Positions 63,092-64,000 of a stretch of DNA of 64,000 nt are shown here, piece after piece. This stretch comes from a virus. Taxonomy: Duplodnaviria > Caudoviricetes. A model generated the notes under the pieces. It was not told the origin of the DNA. It was given only the letters and a program-made list of their open reading frames with translations, and searched no databases. The DNA lies in IMG/VR virus record IMGVR_UViG_3300025367_000001, positions 3,152 through 67,151 of that record. The stretch is one strand, 5' to 3'. The position numbers and the translations under genes are program-made. How positions within the stretch are numbered: position 1 is the first letter of the stretch; every line of letters starts with the position of its first letter.

Positions 63092-64000
63092 ATGGCTATT
63101 TCACGTTCACAGCTCTTAAAAGAGTTACTCCCAGGACTAAACGCGTTGTTCGGTTTAGAGTACAAGCGCTATGGCGAAGAGCATAAAGAAATTTATGACA
63201 TCGAAGCCTCTGAGCGTTCATTTGAAGAAGAGACAAAACTGTCTGGTTTCTCGGCTGCTCCAGTCAAGAACGAAGGCGGTGCAATTTCTTACGATAATGC
63301 ACAAGAAGCTTTTACAGCTCGCTACTCACACGAAACTATCGCTTTGGGTTTCTCAATCACTGAAGAAGCGATTGAAGATAACTTGTATGACTCATTGTCT
63401 GCTCGTTACACCAAAGCATTGGCTCGCGCTATGTCTTACACCAAGCAAGTTAAAGGTGCTTCTGTATTGAATAACGGTTTCTCATCTAGCTACCTCGGTG
63501 GCGATGGCGTTGCATTGTTCTCTACAGCTCATCCATTGGTAAACGGTGGTACAAACAGCAATACTGCTGCTACCCCTGTTGATTTGAACGAGACTTCTTT
63601 GGAAGCCGCAACAATTCAAATCGCTGCCTGGACTGATGAGCGCGGTCTCTTGATCGCTGCTAAGCCACGCAAACTGGTGATCCCACCTGCTTTGATGTTC
63701 GTTGCTACTCGTCTGTTGGAAACTAACCTCCGTGTTGGTACAAACAACAACGATATCAATGCATTGAAAAACAATGGCACAATCCCAGAAGGCTACGCTG
63801 TTAACCACTTCTTGACCGATACAAACGCATGGTTTATTTTGACCGACGTTCCAAACGGCCTGAAAATGTTTGAGCGTACACCACTCCAGAATTCTATGGA
63901 TGGTGACTTCGATACTGGTAACGTTCGTTACAAGTCTCGTGAGCGTTACAGCTTCGGTTGGTCCGATCCCCTCGGAGCATGGGGCTCAAGCGGTTCATTC
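63092..64000 (+). CDS. Major capsid protein (runs off window end)
   Basis: Not in ORF track; AAAGGAG SD, MAISRSQLLKELLPGLNALFGLEY...; open to the end of the window. Confidence 0.85.
   Translation, partial: MAISRSQLLKELLPGLNALFGLEYKRYGEEHKEIYDIEASERSFEEETKLSGFSAAPVKNEGGAISYDNAQEAFTARYSHETIALGFSITEEAIEDNLYDSLSARYTKALARAMSYTKQVKGASVLNNGFSSSYLGGDGVALFSTAHPLVNGGTNSNTAATPVDLNETSLEAATIQIAAWTDERGLLIAAKPRKLVIPPALMFVATRLLETNLRVGTNNNDINALKNNGTIPEGYAVNHFLTDTNAWFILTDVPNGLKMFERTPLQNSMDGDFDTGNVRYKSRERYSFGWSDPLGAWGSSGSF

Larger units (their letters stand above)
1..64000. mobile_element. Near-complete tailed phage genome (Caudoviricetes, podovirus-like organisation), circularly permuted
   Basis: TerL, portal, scaffold, capsid, nozzle, lysis cassette, PolA and primase-helicase in two divergent arms; no host housekeeping genes and no integrase seen. 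Confidence 0.95.

Noticed and set aside
1-64000. Stop-codon reassignment or intron/intein-split core genes
   Set aside because: TerL, PolA, portal, primase and helicase are intact under the standard code with normal lengths.

Overview
The window is almost a complete genome of a tailed dsDNA bacteriophage with podovirus-like organisation: no tape-measure or sheath gene, but nozzle and ejection proteins. It starts just after the capsid module and ends inside the major capsid gene. The + strand arm (55.1-64 kb, continuing at 1-31.6 kb) holds terminase, portal, a GroES, scaffold, capsid, tail/fibre genes, two RCC1 beta-propellers flanking a sulfotransferase-TPR-glycosyltransferase followed by an APS kinase, a holin/spanin/GH108 lysis cassette (Gram-negative host), ejection proteins and a 2746-aa polyvalent protein. 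The - strand arm (31.6-54.6 kb) holds early and replication genes: primase-helicase, SNF2 helicase, PolA, nucleases, an amidoligase/GATase/ATP-grasp trio and many mini-ORFs. Patterns not explained by the gene list: (1) mini-ORFs joined by a repeated 20-bp junction that encodes KAQEK-stop plus the next start codon, and that share short identical internal boxes around unrelated fillers, suggesting a combinatorial cassette/micro-module shuffling system; (2) eight copies of the palindrome GGACAG-N4-CTGTCC confined to the early 4.4 kb, half of them inside ORFs; (3) a non-canonical tRNA-like cloverleaf; (4) a 68-bp perfect tract shared by non-equivalent blades of the two RCC1 genes; (5) a GIY-YIG remnant that seems to have taken the ATG of a tail gene, leaving ATC; (6) a PhaR-like operator over a promoter for a 42-aa ORF. 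All protein calls come from motif recognition by eye; no searches were run.
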